A stretch of 64,000 bases of DNA from Chitinophaga pinensis (GTDB lineage: Bacteria > Bacteroidota > Bacteroidia > AKYH767-A > OLB10): positions 109 through 64,108 of the forward strand of contig CALQOD010000002.1 in the NCBI GenBank assembly GCA_943332105.1. Reading direction: 5' to 3'. Made by a program: the position numbers and the translations under genes. The notes below the pieces were generated by a model. The model worked only from the letters and a program-made list of their open reading frames with translations, did no database searches and was not told where the DNA came from. Positions 9,680-21,300 of this stretch are shown in pieces (position 1 is the first letter of the stretch; each line of letters opens with the position of its first letter).

Positions 9680-11214
9680 TTCTTTAGTTGGATAATATAA
9701 AACTCGTTGAACTGAATTGCTTTTTCGAAATACTGAGTAAGCGAATCATTCGTTACATCTGATGCATTTGTGGTAACTAAGTAAGTCGCGCCTCTGCTAA
9801 TATAAGATTCTAAAAGTATTTTGCCTTCTTTTATTTCTGATAATTGATTTGCTCTTTCGTAACCAAATCCTTTTTTGTGGAGGAAGTACAGATAGATACA
9901 ACCTGATTCATCAGGGCCCGCAACTATTTTAGCATCTACAGGAATAAATGATTTTAGTTTTTCAAGTTTAGACTTATCACTGAATGATTGTGATATTCCT
10001 AAATCACTCTTTGCCCATCGTGCAGGTATAATTCTGATGCATGCTAATATAGGTTGAGCAATTAATAATACTAGGATTATAGCGTATCTGCCCTTCTTAA
10101 ACAAAAATTCTACTCCATTATAGAGTAAGGCAATGACTACAAAGTAGATTGGCATCATGTAATAATGATGGACATCCATTTGTCTTAGTTCAAGGAAATG
10201 GTAAACGCAATAAATGAATAGTAATGCTGAAAAGTGTATTAGATACGTATTCGATTTTTTTGAAAATGATGCATAGCATCCTATTATAATCACTAATGTA
10301 TTCGCAAATCCAAAAACTAATTCTGGAAAATCGCTTATTAAGTTTTTTCTTAGCGTAGCAAAGGCTGCTTGTAAATTACTTGCTGATCTGATTTCAATTC
10401 CAAAGTCGCGTAAATTCGATTGCTCTATTAAATGTAAAGAATAATTATACCAGCTATATACTACAGCTAAGCAAAAAAAGCCTGCACTAATGATTAATAA
10501 ATCTTCTTTAACAAGTTTTCTATTTTCAAACTTCGACTTAATAAATTCTACTAAATGAAAAACGCCTATCATTAAGTATTGCATTTTAATAAGTCCGCTT
10601 AGTGTCAAAAAAACCAAAGATAGTACGATTGAAAATTTATTCCGATCTCTCTTAGAGTAATAATATAAGCTGATGAAACCTGTGCAAAGCGCAAGTATAT
10701 CAGGAATAGCATTGATGCTATGATAAAAAAATTCTGGCGACCATAATAATAAGGAAGAAGTGATAGAAGCAGCAATAGTATTTGACGTGATGCTTTTAAG
10801 AAATAAAAAGGCAAAAACGGTCGCGGTAATTGTAATTATCAAAGAAAATAAACGGTGTGACCAATAATGAACCCCCGTAATTTTATAGATGATGGCTAAC
10901 AACCATTCGTAAATTGGGAAGGCTGTACCAGTGATTCCATCGCTTTCAAATCTTCTGTCAACACGAGGTTCAAGTATATTTAAATCCTCTTCATAAAAAT
11001 TCTGAGCAACGGCTAATGTATTACACTGGCGCCATACATGTATACTACATGGTGGGAGGTTAATATAAATTATGTGAACTAAAATAAAAACGATTATCGA
11101 GTAGAATAGAATCCGTTTCGCATTAAGTTTATTAGGCCATTTCATTAGCTTATAAAAATAGAAATAGCCAGTTAATAAAAAAAGCCCCGACTTAATGTCG
11201 AGGCTTTTAATCAT
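9676..11214 (-). CDS. polytopic membrane protein, probable GT-C-fold (ArnT/PMT-like) glycosyltransferase
   Basis: 512 aa with at least 10 hydrophobic helices. The first loop is acidic (NFYEEDLNILEPRVDRRFESDG...FPIYEW), like the catalytic loop of family 39/83 enzymes. There is a soluble C-terminal domain of about 110 aa. Family call unverified. Confidence 0.55.
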   Translation of the reverse strand: MIKSLDIKSGLFLLTGYFYFYKLMKWPNKLNAKRILFYSIIVFILVHIIYINLPPCSIHVWRQCNTLAVAQNFYEEDLNILEPRVDRRFESDGITGTAFPIYEWLLAIIYKITGVHYWSHRLFSLIITITATVFAFLFLKSITSNTIAASITSSLLLWSPEFFYHSINAIPDILALCTGFISLYYYSKRDRNKFSIVLSLVFLTLSGLIKMQYLMIGVFHLVEFIKSKFENRKLVKEDLLIISAGFFCLAVVYSWYNYSLHLIEQSNLRDFGIEIRSASNLQAAFATLRKNLISDFPELVFGFANTLVIIIGCYASFSKKSNTYLIHFSALLFIYCVYHFLELRQMDVHHYYMMPIYFVVIALLYNGVEFLFKKGRYAIILVLLIAQPILACIRIIPARWAKSDLGISQSFSDKSKLEKLKSFIPVDAKIVAGPDESGCIYLYFLHKKGFGYERANQLSEIKEGKILLESYISRGATYLVTTNASDVTNDSLTQYFEKAIQFNEFYIIQLKK

Positions 11215-11621
11215 TTAACTTTTACAGCCCATTTGAAATTATTTTTTTCAAATTGTTGTACTGTCTTTTCTATTTTCTCGGAATTTATGGGATAAAGTAA
11301 AAATTCTATACTATCAGTAGGCCATGAATGAAAATAGCTTTCAAATAGAGCAGGTGTTTCATTTATAATTATAAATGGAATGTTTTTAGTTTTTTCTTGT
11401 ATTCTTAATAATCCAGTCAGAGCGAGTATGTCTATATCATCAATATTACAATCCATGATGATTAAATCAATATCATCAATTTTTGTCATTGCCAATGTTT
11501 CTAATCCTGAGGTAGCATTTAAGAATATTCGATTAGGTTTATTTAATGTAGCCTCTAGCGCTAGTATAAATTGAGGTCGATTGTGGACAATAAGGATTTT
11601 ACTTTCTTTACTTGTTTTCAT
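11211..11621 (-). CDS. stand-alone degenerate receiver (pseudo-receiver) domain protein
   Basis: REC-like layout: ILIVHNR replaces ILIVDD, DLIIMD retains the acceptor Asp, and LLYP replaces the K-P of beta5. It overlaps the kinase stop by 14 nt and the downstream gene by 4 nt. Confidence 0.7.
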   Translation of the reverse strand: MKTSKESKILIVHNRPQFILALEATLNKPNRIFLNATSGLETLAMTKIDDIDLIIMDCNIDDIDILALTGLLRIQEKTKNIPFIIINETPALFESYFHSWPTDSIEFLLYPINSEKIEKTVQQFEKNNFKWAVKVK

Positions 11622-14600
11622 TTTTTATTGTGTTTAATTGTTGTTTCATTTTTCGAATTAAAACTTCAGTTGATATTGGTTTTGTTAAGTAATCATTAGC
11701 ACCAGATTCGATGCAAAGCTCGCGATCACCTTTCATTGCTTTGGCAGTAACTGCAATTATTGGAAGTTCTTTGTATTTATTTATTTGTCTGATTTCTTTT
11801 ATTGTTTCGTATCCATTTTTACCTGGCATCATTATGTCCATTAGTATAATATCAATTTTATTTTTTCCCAGTTTTAGTAGTGCGTCATCACCATTGAAAG
11901 CAGTATAAATGTTCATTTTTTCGTTTTCTAAAATACTTGTTAGTGAGTAAATATTTCTAACATCATCGTCAACAACAAGAACATTTTTTTCTTTTAATGT
12001 ATTTTCATCTAGTATAAAGAAGCTTTCTAAATCAGTTGATGTTGCTGCTAAATTTAAATAGTCAAATTCATCATTTGATAATATTGTATTGATCTCGCGT
12101 ATGCATTCATCAGGTGAGTTATTTACATATACTAATGGTTTATCACTTAGTTCGTTATTTTCAAATATTTGTTTAGCGAATTCTTCCTTATTTATTACAT
12201 AATTATTACCGATAATAATAAAATCGCAATTGTTTGCTAAAATAGCCTGACTGGCATCAGTCAAAAAGTCAATACTAAGCGATACATTAATTTCTGATAG
12301 TTGTTTCAATACAGCTGTATCAATTTCGTTCGGTTGTCCAATAAATAGTATTTTAGATGTAGTATTGTTTTCTTTTTTTATTTTTTCGAATAATAAATCA
12401 AGATCATTTTTTTCCACTGGTTTAGACAAATAAGAATCAGCCTTCAGATTTTTATCATTCAGATTTTTATCGGCAGCGGAAATTATATGGATAGGAATAT
12501 TTTTCAAATCTGAATTTGATTTTATTAAATCAATGAATTCCCATCCGTTTATTATTGGTAAAATTAAATCCAGTATGATTGCATTGGGCTTGTATGATTT
12601 TGTTAGCTCCAGCGCTTGCGCTCCATTTTGAGCTACGATATACTCCAAATTATTTTTCTTACAATAGTCTGTTAATACAGTCGAGAATATTACATCATCT
12701 TCAACTATTAATACTAGCTTATGGTTATAATTACTTCCTTGATTTAATTCAACTTCTATAATTTCATTATTGATGGCTTCGTTATTTAATTTTTCTATTT
12801 CTTCAGTATTCTCTTGCGGTAATTGTATTTTAAAACAGCTCCCTTTTAGTGGCTTGCTACTAAGCTCTATATTGCCACCCATCATTGAAGTAAGCTCTTT
12901 ACAGATTGCTAGTCCAAGTCCAGTACCTCCAAATTTTCTATTTGTTGAACCATCTGCTTGTTGAAAGGCATCAAATATAAGTGATTGCTTTTCCTTTGCA
13001 ATCCCAATTCCTGTATCAATTACTTTAACTATTAGTTCTTTTGTTTCTTTTGTTAATTCAAATATAACTTTTACTAATCCATTTTCGGGTGTAAATTTAA
13101 ATGCATTTGAGAGTAGATTTTTTAATATTTGACCTAACCGGATTCGATCTGTACATATTAAAATATCTTTATCAATAGTTGATTCAATCTCAAATTTGAT
13201 GTTGCTCTCATTTGCTAATTCAACAAATAAAGAGGAGATGTCATCAATAATTTCGTCAATAGGCATTCTCTCAAATTGTAAATCTAATTTCCCTGCTTCA
13301 ATTTTAGATAAATCGAGTATGTCATTTATTAGCATTAGTAAGTCGCTACCAGATTTATGAATCACTTGCGCATGCTCTCTTTGTTTTTCGTTGAGATGAT
13401 CTTTTTTATCCTCAGATAATAATTTTGCTAAAATTAAAATACTGTTTAATGGAGTCCTTAATTCATGACTCATGTTTGCAAGAAATGCTGATTTATATTT
13501 ATTACTTTGTTCTAGTTGTGTTGCCTTTGCAGTTATATTCCTTCTTGCTTCTTCAATTGCAATATTTTTGTCTTCTAAAAGTCTTGCTTTTTCCCCTAGA
13601 ATTAAATTTACTTTTTTTAATTCGTCTTGCTTATATTTTAATTCTTCTTCACTGGCCTCTAACAATTCAGATTTTTGAATTAATTCATTATTTATTTTTT
13701 TCAATTCTTGTTCTTGAAAAGCTAATTCTTCAGCTTGTTTGCGGGATTCAATTAATAATTGATTTGTTTTTAAATTCGCTCTAACATTGTATAAACTGGC
13801 AGCTATAGGCTCTGCCATTTTTTCAAGTAATTCTATCTCTTCATTAATAAAAGTATTCAACTTCGCAATCTGAATTGCGCCAACAACAGTTCCACTTGTC
13901 ATTAATGGTATAACCACAATATTACATGAAGAAGATTCAACACCTTCAGTGGATTCAATTGTAAAATAAGGATCAAAGGTATCAGCTGATATTATAGTTT
14001 TTTTTGTTTCTAAAACATTGCCAACTAAACTTGATTTCAATTCATATCTTTTACTATTTAGAATCTTACTATTAAGATTGTAATAAGCGCCCAATTGTAT
14101 ATGAAGGTCGTTCATATCTTCATTATGTAGTAGAAATATAGCAGCTTGGTCTACTTTTAAATGCGCAACAATTGTTTCTATTATTTTCTCAAGTAAATCA
14201 GTGAAATCTTTGTTACTTGTTCTCATAATTTCATTTAATTGAACAAGTCCATCGTGTTGCCATCTTCTTAATTTTTCTGATTCATGAGAAATGGCAAGGC
14301 GATTACGCATTTCAATTAGTGCTTTACCTTGAACATCCTTGGCACTTAAAGGCTCGAAAGTTTGACTAAAATTTCCTTTCCCGATTTCCTCTACGAATGC
14401 AGCTTTTTTTCTTAAACTACTAATCGATTTTTTAAGTTCTATAATCATAACACCTATAGCATTATCAGGTGTTTCAATATTGATCTCCGCTAGTTCACCA
14501 CGTCCAAGTTGTATCAGTACATTTTGAACTTTTAAAACGGGAGTTAAAATTTGTTTTTTTATAATGTATGCTGCATTAAACATTAATAAAAGCAACATAA

Positions 14601-15258
14601 CAGATAATCCCACAACTACAATCAAAATCCAATTATAACTGTAAAGCATTTCATCTTGTACTTGAATTAAAAAATTAGCTTGACGATTTGATATTTTCTT
14701 TAACTGATAACTTAATTCGTTTGATGAGGGCATTATAATATTTTGCAATTCTAATGTCGCATTTGCATAATATTTTGTGTCGTTGTTGTCAATTGCTGCG
14801 TATAGAGAATTTAATAAATGATTTTCCGAATTCAGTAACAACTCATATTTATGGATACAATCATTTAATGGTACATAATCAGGATTATCCGATTTATTTA
14901 ACGCAATTAATTTTGTCTTGATTTTAGTAAAATCAACATTTTTTATTTGTTGTAAGCTATCTAAATAAAATCGTTGATTAGAATTGTATATTCCATTACT
15001 TGTATATAACGCGGAGTGATGAACTAATAACTGAAGCTTATTAATTTGTAATAGTGTTGGATTAGTTTTATTTATTAATTCAGCAGTTTTATTCTGATTT
15101 GTTTTAATAACATAAAAACTTATAAAAACGCTCAAAACCGAAACAACGAGCACCATAATAAATGAGCTCTCGATTTTTTTATCGATACTTCTGAATGTGC
15201 CAGTTTTTAGTTTAATCATAAAAGTCAGTCTTTGGATATAGTGATTTTCACTATCCAT
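11608..15258 (-). CDS. hybrid sensor histidine kinase (TM sensor, HAMP, GAF, HisKA, HATPase, REC, pseudo-REC, REC)
   Basis: Two TM segments bracket an extracytoplasmic region of about 170 aa. H-box SHELRTPLNSI and G-box GTGLGLAICKE are present. REC1 is LIVEDD..IILDLILP..LSKPV, a degenerate middle REC is ILFIGQ..FIIIGNN, and the terminal REC is LVVDDD..ILMDIMMPGKNG..LTKPI. ATG 15258 is preferred over GTG 15330 because 15291-15323 is a terminator. Confidence 0.9.
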   Translation of the reverse strand: MDSENHYIQRLTFMIKLKTGTFRSIDKKIESSFIMVLVVSVLSVFISFYVIKTNQNKTAELINKTNPTLLQINKLQLLVHHSALYTSNGIYNSNQRFYLDSLQQIKNVDFTKIKTKLIALNKSDNPDYVPLNDCIHKYELLLNSENHLLNSLYAAIDNNDTKYYANATLELQNIIMPSSNELSYQLKKISNRQANFLIQVQDEMLYSYNWILIVVVGLSVMLLLLMFNAAYIIKKQILTPVLKVQNVLIQLGRGELAEINIETPDNAIGVMIIELKKSISSLRKKAAFVEEIGKGNFSQTFEPLSAKDVQGKALIEMRNRLAISHESEKLRRWQHDGLVQLNEIMRTSNKDFTDLLEKIIETIVAHLKVDQAAIFLLHNEDMNDLHIQLGAYYNLNSKILNSKRYELKSSLVGNVLETKKTIISADTFDPYFTIESTEGVESSSCNIVVIPLMTSGTVVGAIQIAKLNTFINEEIELLEKMAEPIAASLYNVRANLKTNQLLIESRKQAEELAFQEQELKKINNELIQKSELLEASEEELKYKQDELKKVNLILGEKARLLEDKNIAIEEARRNITAKATQLEQSNKYKSAFLANMSHELRTPLNSILILAKLLSEDKKDHLNEKQREHAQVIHKSGSDLLMLINDILDLSKIEAGKLDLQFERMPIDEIIDDISSLFVELANESNIKFEIESTIDKDILICTDRIRLGQILKNLLSNAFKFTPENGLVKVIFELTKETKELIVKVIDTGIGIAKEKQSLIFDAFQQADGSTNRKFGGTGLGLAICKELTSMMGGNIELSSKPLKGSCFKIQLPQENTEEIEKLNNEAINNEIIEVELNQGSNYNHKLVLIVEDDVIFSTVLTDYCKKNNLEYIVAQNGAQALELTKSYKPNAIILDLILPIINGWEFIDLIKSNSDLKNIPIHIISAADKNLNDKNLKADSYLSKPVEKNDLDLLFEKIKKENNTTSKILFIGQPNEIDTAVLKQLSEINVSLSIDFLTDASQAILANNCDFIIIGNNYVINKEEFAKQIFENNELSDKPLVYVNNSPDECIREINTILSNDEFDYLNLAATSTDLESFFILDENTLKEKNVLVVDDDVRNIYSLTSILENEKMNIYTAFNGDDALLKLGKNKIDIILMDIMMPGKNGYETIKEIRQINKYKELPIIAVTAKAMKGDRELCIESGANDYLTKPISTEVLIRKMKQQLNTIKNENK

Positions 15259-15290
15259 TGCCGACTTTCTACGAATGCAATTCAAAAAGG

Positions 15291-15323
15291 TTAAAAAAAA
15301 ACGGAGCTTTTTGAGCTCCGTTT
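15291..15323 (-). terminator. Rho-independent terminator after the giant adhesin gene
   Basis: On the minus strand AAACGGAGCT / AGCTCCGTTT form a hairpin followed by a run of nine T, 19 nt after the stop at 15342. Confidence 0.75.
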
Positions 15324-15341
15324 CAATCACTTATGATTTTA

Positions 15342-18300
15342 TTATCTGTTTAAAAGTACTGTTCCTTTGTATTCACTGCTTCCAGCTTTTAATAAGTAGA
15401 AGTATGTGCCTGCAGGTTGGTCTTCTCCGGAATTGTCTTTTTTACCATTCCAGCATGTTTGCGACGAACTGCTTGTAAAGATCTTTGTTCCCCAGCGATT
15501 GTAAATTTCCCAAGAGGTACAATCTTCAAATTTAGTGTTAGCACCAAGATTGAAGCAATCATTAATTCCATCGTTATTTGGTGTAAAGATGTTTGGAACA
15601 TTATTAAAGTAATCAGACAATGAACCTGGCCCAAATGGAGTAACTGTTGTATCCGAACACTGGTTGTTTAATGCGATTAAAGTAATATTTGCTGAAGATC
15701 CAAATGCATATACATGAGTAGGGTTAGGATCTGTTGATGAATTACCATCCCCAAAGTTCCATTCGTAGTTTAATGAGAATGTACTATTGTTGATTAACGT
15801 AATTTCTACACCCTGACATCCAATTACTGTAATTGTGCTATCAATTGCGAATGAAGCTACTGGTTGATCATTCACATTAACTGTTACCTGATCATCATCC
15901 GTACATCCATTATTATCCGTTACTACTACTGTATAAGTTGTATTAGTAGATGGAGATGCTGATGGGTTAGATATCGTTGAACTAGTTAATCCTGTGGAAG
16001 GACTCCAGTTATAACTCGAACCACCACTTGCTGTTAATGAAATACTTCCTCCGTTACAAATAGTACCACCAGTAGAAACAACAGCTGTAGGCAATGAATT
16101 TACCGTAACTGTTGTATTAGCTGAATTAGAACATCCGTTATTATCTGTTCCTACCACAGAATAGGTAGTAGTAGTAGTAGGATTAGCTCCAGGATTTGAA
16201 CTGGTTGGATTGCTCAAACCAGTAGAAGGAGTCCAAACATAATTGTTGGCCCCTGATGCAATAATTGTTGTCCAAGCTCCAAAACAAATTGCAGTGCTAT
16301 TACTTGCAGTTACATTAGGAAGTGCATTTACAATAACAGTAACACTATCTGACTTCTTACATCCATTAGCATCTGTAACTAAAACAAAATAAGTAGTATT
16401 AGTAGTAGGCGATGCAATAGGATTTGAAATAGTAAGATTATCTAATGTTGAGTTTGTTGTCCAGTTATAGTTTGTACCTCCATTTGCATTTAATGTAGTT
16501 GTAGTTCCTGTGCAAATAGTGTCATTCGTACCTGCGTCAGCGTTAGGAAGCGCATTAACAGTTACATTGTATGTTACAGTCGTGCCAATACATCCATATA
16601 AATTAGTTTCTTGAACACTTATAGTAGCACCCGGTACTGTAGTTAATGTTGCTGATGTAGTATTTATTGTTGACGCGCTGTTTAAAGTCCCACCTGTTAT
16701 GCTCCAGTTATAAGAGCTTCCTGATGTATTAATAACACTAAACACTCCTGAGTCACCAACACAAATTGCACTGTTACCTGTTATTGCACTAGTAACAGGA
16801 GTTGGATTGATTGTAACATATAGTGTATCTGAAACTCCGGCACAAACAGTATCTATTGTTGTACTATTTTCATCGTACCAAAGTGCTACTGTCTGTGGCC
16901 CGGGTACGTTCCAATCAACAGTAACATTGCTTGTCCCATCGCCACTAACAATTGTTCCGCCTTGTGCATGCCATGTATAAATAGAGCCTGGAGTGTTAGT
17001 AGTAGAATAAGAAATTCCTTGAGCAAGGTTAGTACAAATTGTACTCGTACCTGTTGGTGCAATAGGATCTAATACAACGTTGATATTTACTGGTAATTGA
17101 ACTGAATCAGAAGGACAACCTAAATCGGTTACTTCAATTACAGAAACAACAGCTAGTGTTTGTGTTCCCGGCCAATCTATACTAACAGTATCAGTACCCT
17201 GCCCTACTGTAATTGTTCCGTTGGTAACCGCCCAGTTGTAAGACGATGTAGTATTTGGATTTAATACCAAATATTGTACGCCACTTGCGCCAGGACAAAC
17301 AGATAATGTTCCTGTTATTGAATTGATGGTTGGCGCAGGATTAACATTGATGTTAATAGTGTCAGAGTTTACACATGAATTACCATCTGTTCCTATTAAA
17401 GCATAACTTGCATTTGCAGAAGGGTAAACATTAATGATTGTCGCGCTTCCTAAAGAGTTTCCAGATGCTAAATCAATCCAATTATAATTTGTAGCACCGC
17501 TTGCAGTTAATGTTAATGTATCTCCATTACATAAACTAGTTGAAGAAGAATTTATTTGTACTGTTGGAAGTGCATTTACAGTAATTGTGATTGTGTCGTA
17601 GTTAATACAGTTTGCAGAACTTGTTCCTTCAACAATATAAGTAGTTGTCGATTGCGGAGTAACTGATAATGTTGATCCAGCTCCTATAGAAACTACAGGG
17701 TTTGCCAATTCCACCCAGTTATATGATGTAGCACCCGATGCTGTAATGCTCGTTGACTGGCCAAAGCAAATAGCAGATGGAGTAGCCTGAGCAGAAACGT
17801 TAGGTAAAGGATTAGATGTTACTGCAACACTATCTGATGTTGTACATCCATTCAGAGTTGTTACAACCGTGTAATAAACAGTTGAAGGAGTTGTTCCTGT
17901 ATTGCTAATTATTACTTCGGTCGTTGCACTCGTGTTCGATGATAATCCAGTTGTTGGTGTCCACACATAGGTATATCCGCTTGTAGTATTCGTTCCAATT
18001 GTAATAGTATCGCCATTACATGAAGAAACCGCAGCACCTGCTTCAGAAGTTGGCAAAGGTTTTACGTTAACCGCAACAGTATCTTTATCAATACATCCAA
18101 ATAAATTAGTTGTCAAAATATAATCAGTAGTAACTACATTACTCGTACTGTTATTTAAAGTTACAGATGATGATGATTGATTTGATACTGATAAACCAGT
18201 TGATGGAGTCCAAGAATAATTGTAGTTGACAATTGATAAATCGCCAATAGTTCCTGATTGTCCAGAACAGAATGTAATATCATTTCCAGCTTGTGCTGTT

Positions 18301-21300
18301 GGTATTGGGCTAAGCACTACTTGTACTGATCCCGTTGATGTACATCCATTCAATTCAGTAATAACTGAATAATATAATGTATCAGGAGTTGATGCAGTTG
18401 TTGTATCAGTTAAAGTTGGATTTGAAATTAAACTGTCGCTAAGATTAGTTCCTGGTGTCCACACATAGGTGTAACCGTTAGTAGTAGCACCTCCAAGTTG
18501 AATAGAGCTTCCTGAACATAATAGCTGATTTGTTCCAGCTATAGATACAGGCACTGGTTTGATTGTTACATCTACAGTTGCAGTGTCTTTACACCCAAAC
18601 CATGTAGCTATAACAGAATAGTTAATTGTTATCGGTGAGCTGCCTGTATTCGTAGCCGCAGATGTTGGGTTTGAAGTAGTTGTACTGTTTAATCCCGTTG
18701 CAGGCGACCATGAATAAGTATAACCGCTTGTAGAAGAGCTACCAATAGCTACACTTTGTCCAGAACAGTAAGTTTGATTTAATCCTGCATTAGCAGTTGG
18801 CACCGGGCCAACAACTACACGAACAGTATCAGTATTTTGACAACCGGCTAGATCAGTATTTAAATAATAAAATACGGTGTCGGTACTATTTCCATTATTT
18901 GTTAAAGAAACAATTGGATTCGAAACACTTGGATTGCTTAATCCAGTAGAAGGCGTCCACGTATAAGAATATCCACTTGTTGAAATTGTTCCTATTTGCC
19001 CATTAACTCCAGAGCATAAGTATAAATTATTTCCTGCATTCGCAGTTGGTACAGGCTTAACAATAATTTTTACAGTATCCTTGTCTATACACCCAAACCA
19101 TGTTGTAGTCAGAATATAATTAACGGTATCATTAGCCGTTGTTGTATTTGTAAGTGTAACAGTTGATGTATTGCCTGATGGTGTTGTCAAGCCAGTAGTT
19201 GGTGTCCATGAGTAAGAATAACCACTTGTAGATGGACTACCAATTGTTATAGTTTGTCCTGAACAATATGTTTGATCAACTCCTGCATTCGCATTTGGTA
19301 TTGGCGCAACTACAACACGTACCGTATCATTATTTTGACATCCTGCTAAATCAGTGTTTAAGTAATAGAAAATTGTATCTGTTGAATTACCATTGTTTGT
19401 TATTGAAACAATAGGGTTAGAAACATTTGGATTGCTTAATCCAGTAGATGGTGTCCATGTGTAGTTATATCCACTTGTTGAAAGTGTACCTAGTTGTCCA
19501 TTTACTCCAGAGCATAAGTACAAATTACTTCCTGCATTCGCTGTAGGCACTGGTCTTACAATTACTTTGACAGTATCTTTTGCAGTACACCCAAACCATG
19601 TTGTAGTCAGAATATAATTAACGGTATCATTAGCTGTAGTTGTGTTAGTTAATGATACGGTAGAGCTGCTAGAAGTTGGAGTTGTTAAGCCAGAAGATGG
19701 CGACCAGTTGTACGTATATCCACTAGTGTTAGTTGATCCGATGAGACCACTACCTCCTGAACAAAAACTAGTGTCCGCTCCAGCAAGAGCTGTAGGAACT
19801 GGTCTGATAATCACCTGAACGGTATCTGTTGCGCTACATAAAAAGCTATTTGATACAAGTAAAATATATTGTAATGTATCAGGAGTGTTTCCGGTATTAG
19901 TTAATGAAAAAACTGGATTAGATACAGCTGAATTACTAAGTCCATTGCTTGGTGTCCAAGTGTAGTTATATCCAGAAGTAGATAACGAACCTAAAGGCGC
20001 GCTAGAGCCACTGCAAATTGATGCATTGTTTCCGGCATTTGCAACCGGATATGGATTTGAAGTAATGACAACAGTGTCTTTATTAGTACAACCACTAAGT
20101 GTTGTAGTCAAAATATAAGTTGTAGATGTTGCAGTTGTTCCTGTATTGTTGATTGTCACCGTTGGATTAGAAATCAAACTGTCGCTAAGATTAGTTCCTG
20201 GTGTCCATACATAGGTGTAACCGTTAGTAGTAGCGGTTCCTAACGACGCAGATCCTCCAGAGCAAAACGAAACATCAATACCAGCAACCGCAGCAGGCTG
20301 TGGTTTTATAAATACAGTTTTTGTTAAGGTATCAGAAGGGCATCCAAATGGATTTAATGCAACGATACTAACTGTTGCTAAGCCCGTAGTAGTAAAGTTA
20401 ACTGTTGCTGATGCAGTATTTGTTCCTGATACTTGTGTTCCGTTAGTTACCAACCATTGATAGGTATAGCCAGCAGTTGATGATACAGAATATGCAATAC
20501 CCGTTATAGAATTTAAGCATAGCGTATCAGGGCCATTCATAACTGACGGCTTCTGTGTATTAATTATATTAATCGTATAAACAGTATTTGTGACTTTTGC
20601 AGGACAACCATTGTCAGTTGCCGATGTAGAGAACTGATATGGAGTAGTTCTTCCTTGGTTACAAGAGGTAGTCCAGCAGAATTGAGATGAAACCGTTGAA
20701 TCGCCTGAAGCATTAGCTAAAGTTGCAGTTGGATTTACCAATGTCGAGTTAAAAACATCTCCAGTATGCGTTAAAAATAAACTGTCGCCATTTATATCTG
20801 TGTATCCAATATTAAAACAAAGTGTTTGTCCTTCTTGAATTGTATAAGATGATTGAGTATTTGCTGCTACAGGAGCCGGATTAGTAGGGCAATTAATCAC
20901 GATAATTTGAATATCTAATCTTGATATACCAATTAAAACGCCATTACGGTATTCACTGATTTCAATTGCAACAACATAATAACCTTGGTTAGGCGAAACA
21001 TATATTCCTAAACCAGTGGCTGGATCCATAGCCGCAAAGCTATTTAATCCGAATGGCGTTGTATTGCTAAAATTAGTAGCATACGTCACATTTGGAATTG
21101 GCCATGTATAAGTTATAGGGGCAGCAGGATTAGGAGAGCCAGAACTTGAAATTCCTGCAAAAGGAGTAACAAATGCATAGCTTAATGAATCACCATCAAC
21201 GTCAATAGCCTGATTTAATATACTTGCCGTATCATTTGCGCAAATGAATGGCACTGGTGGAACTGCGAATGTTGGAGAATTGTTAGAAATAGTCGGTGAT

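Noticed and set aside
13425-13784. 119-aa and 68-aa plus-strand ORFs inside the histidine kinase gene
   Set aside because: They are Leu/Phe-rich low-complexity translations of the antisense of a coiled-coil coding region, so they are shadow ORFs.
15259-15330. GTG-initiated 24-codon extension of the histidine kinase ORF
   Set aside because: The extension is encoded by the terminator hairpin and T-run of the adhesin gene, so ATG 15258 is preferred. It cannot be fully excluded without N-terminal or transcript data.
17800-20307. Regular repeats of about 249 bp, considered as a CRISPR array or satellite
   Set aside because: The repeats are in-frame protein modules of one continuous 2151-aa ORF, with no short conserved repeat and unique spacer architecture. 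No CRISPR array was seen anywhere in the window.
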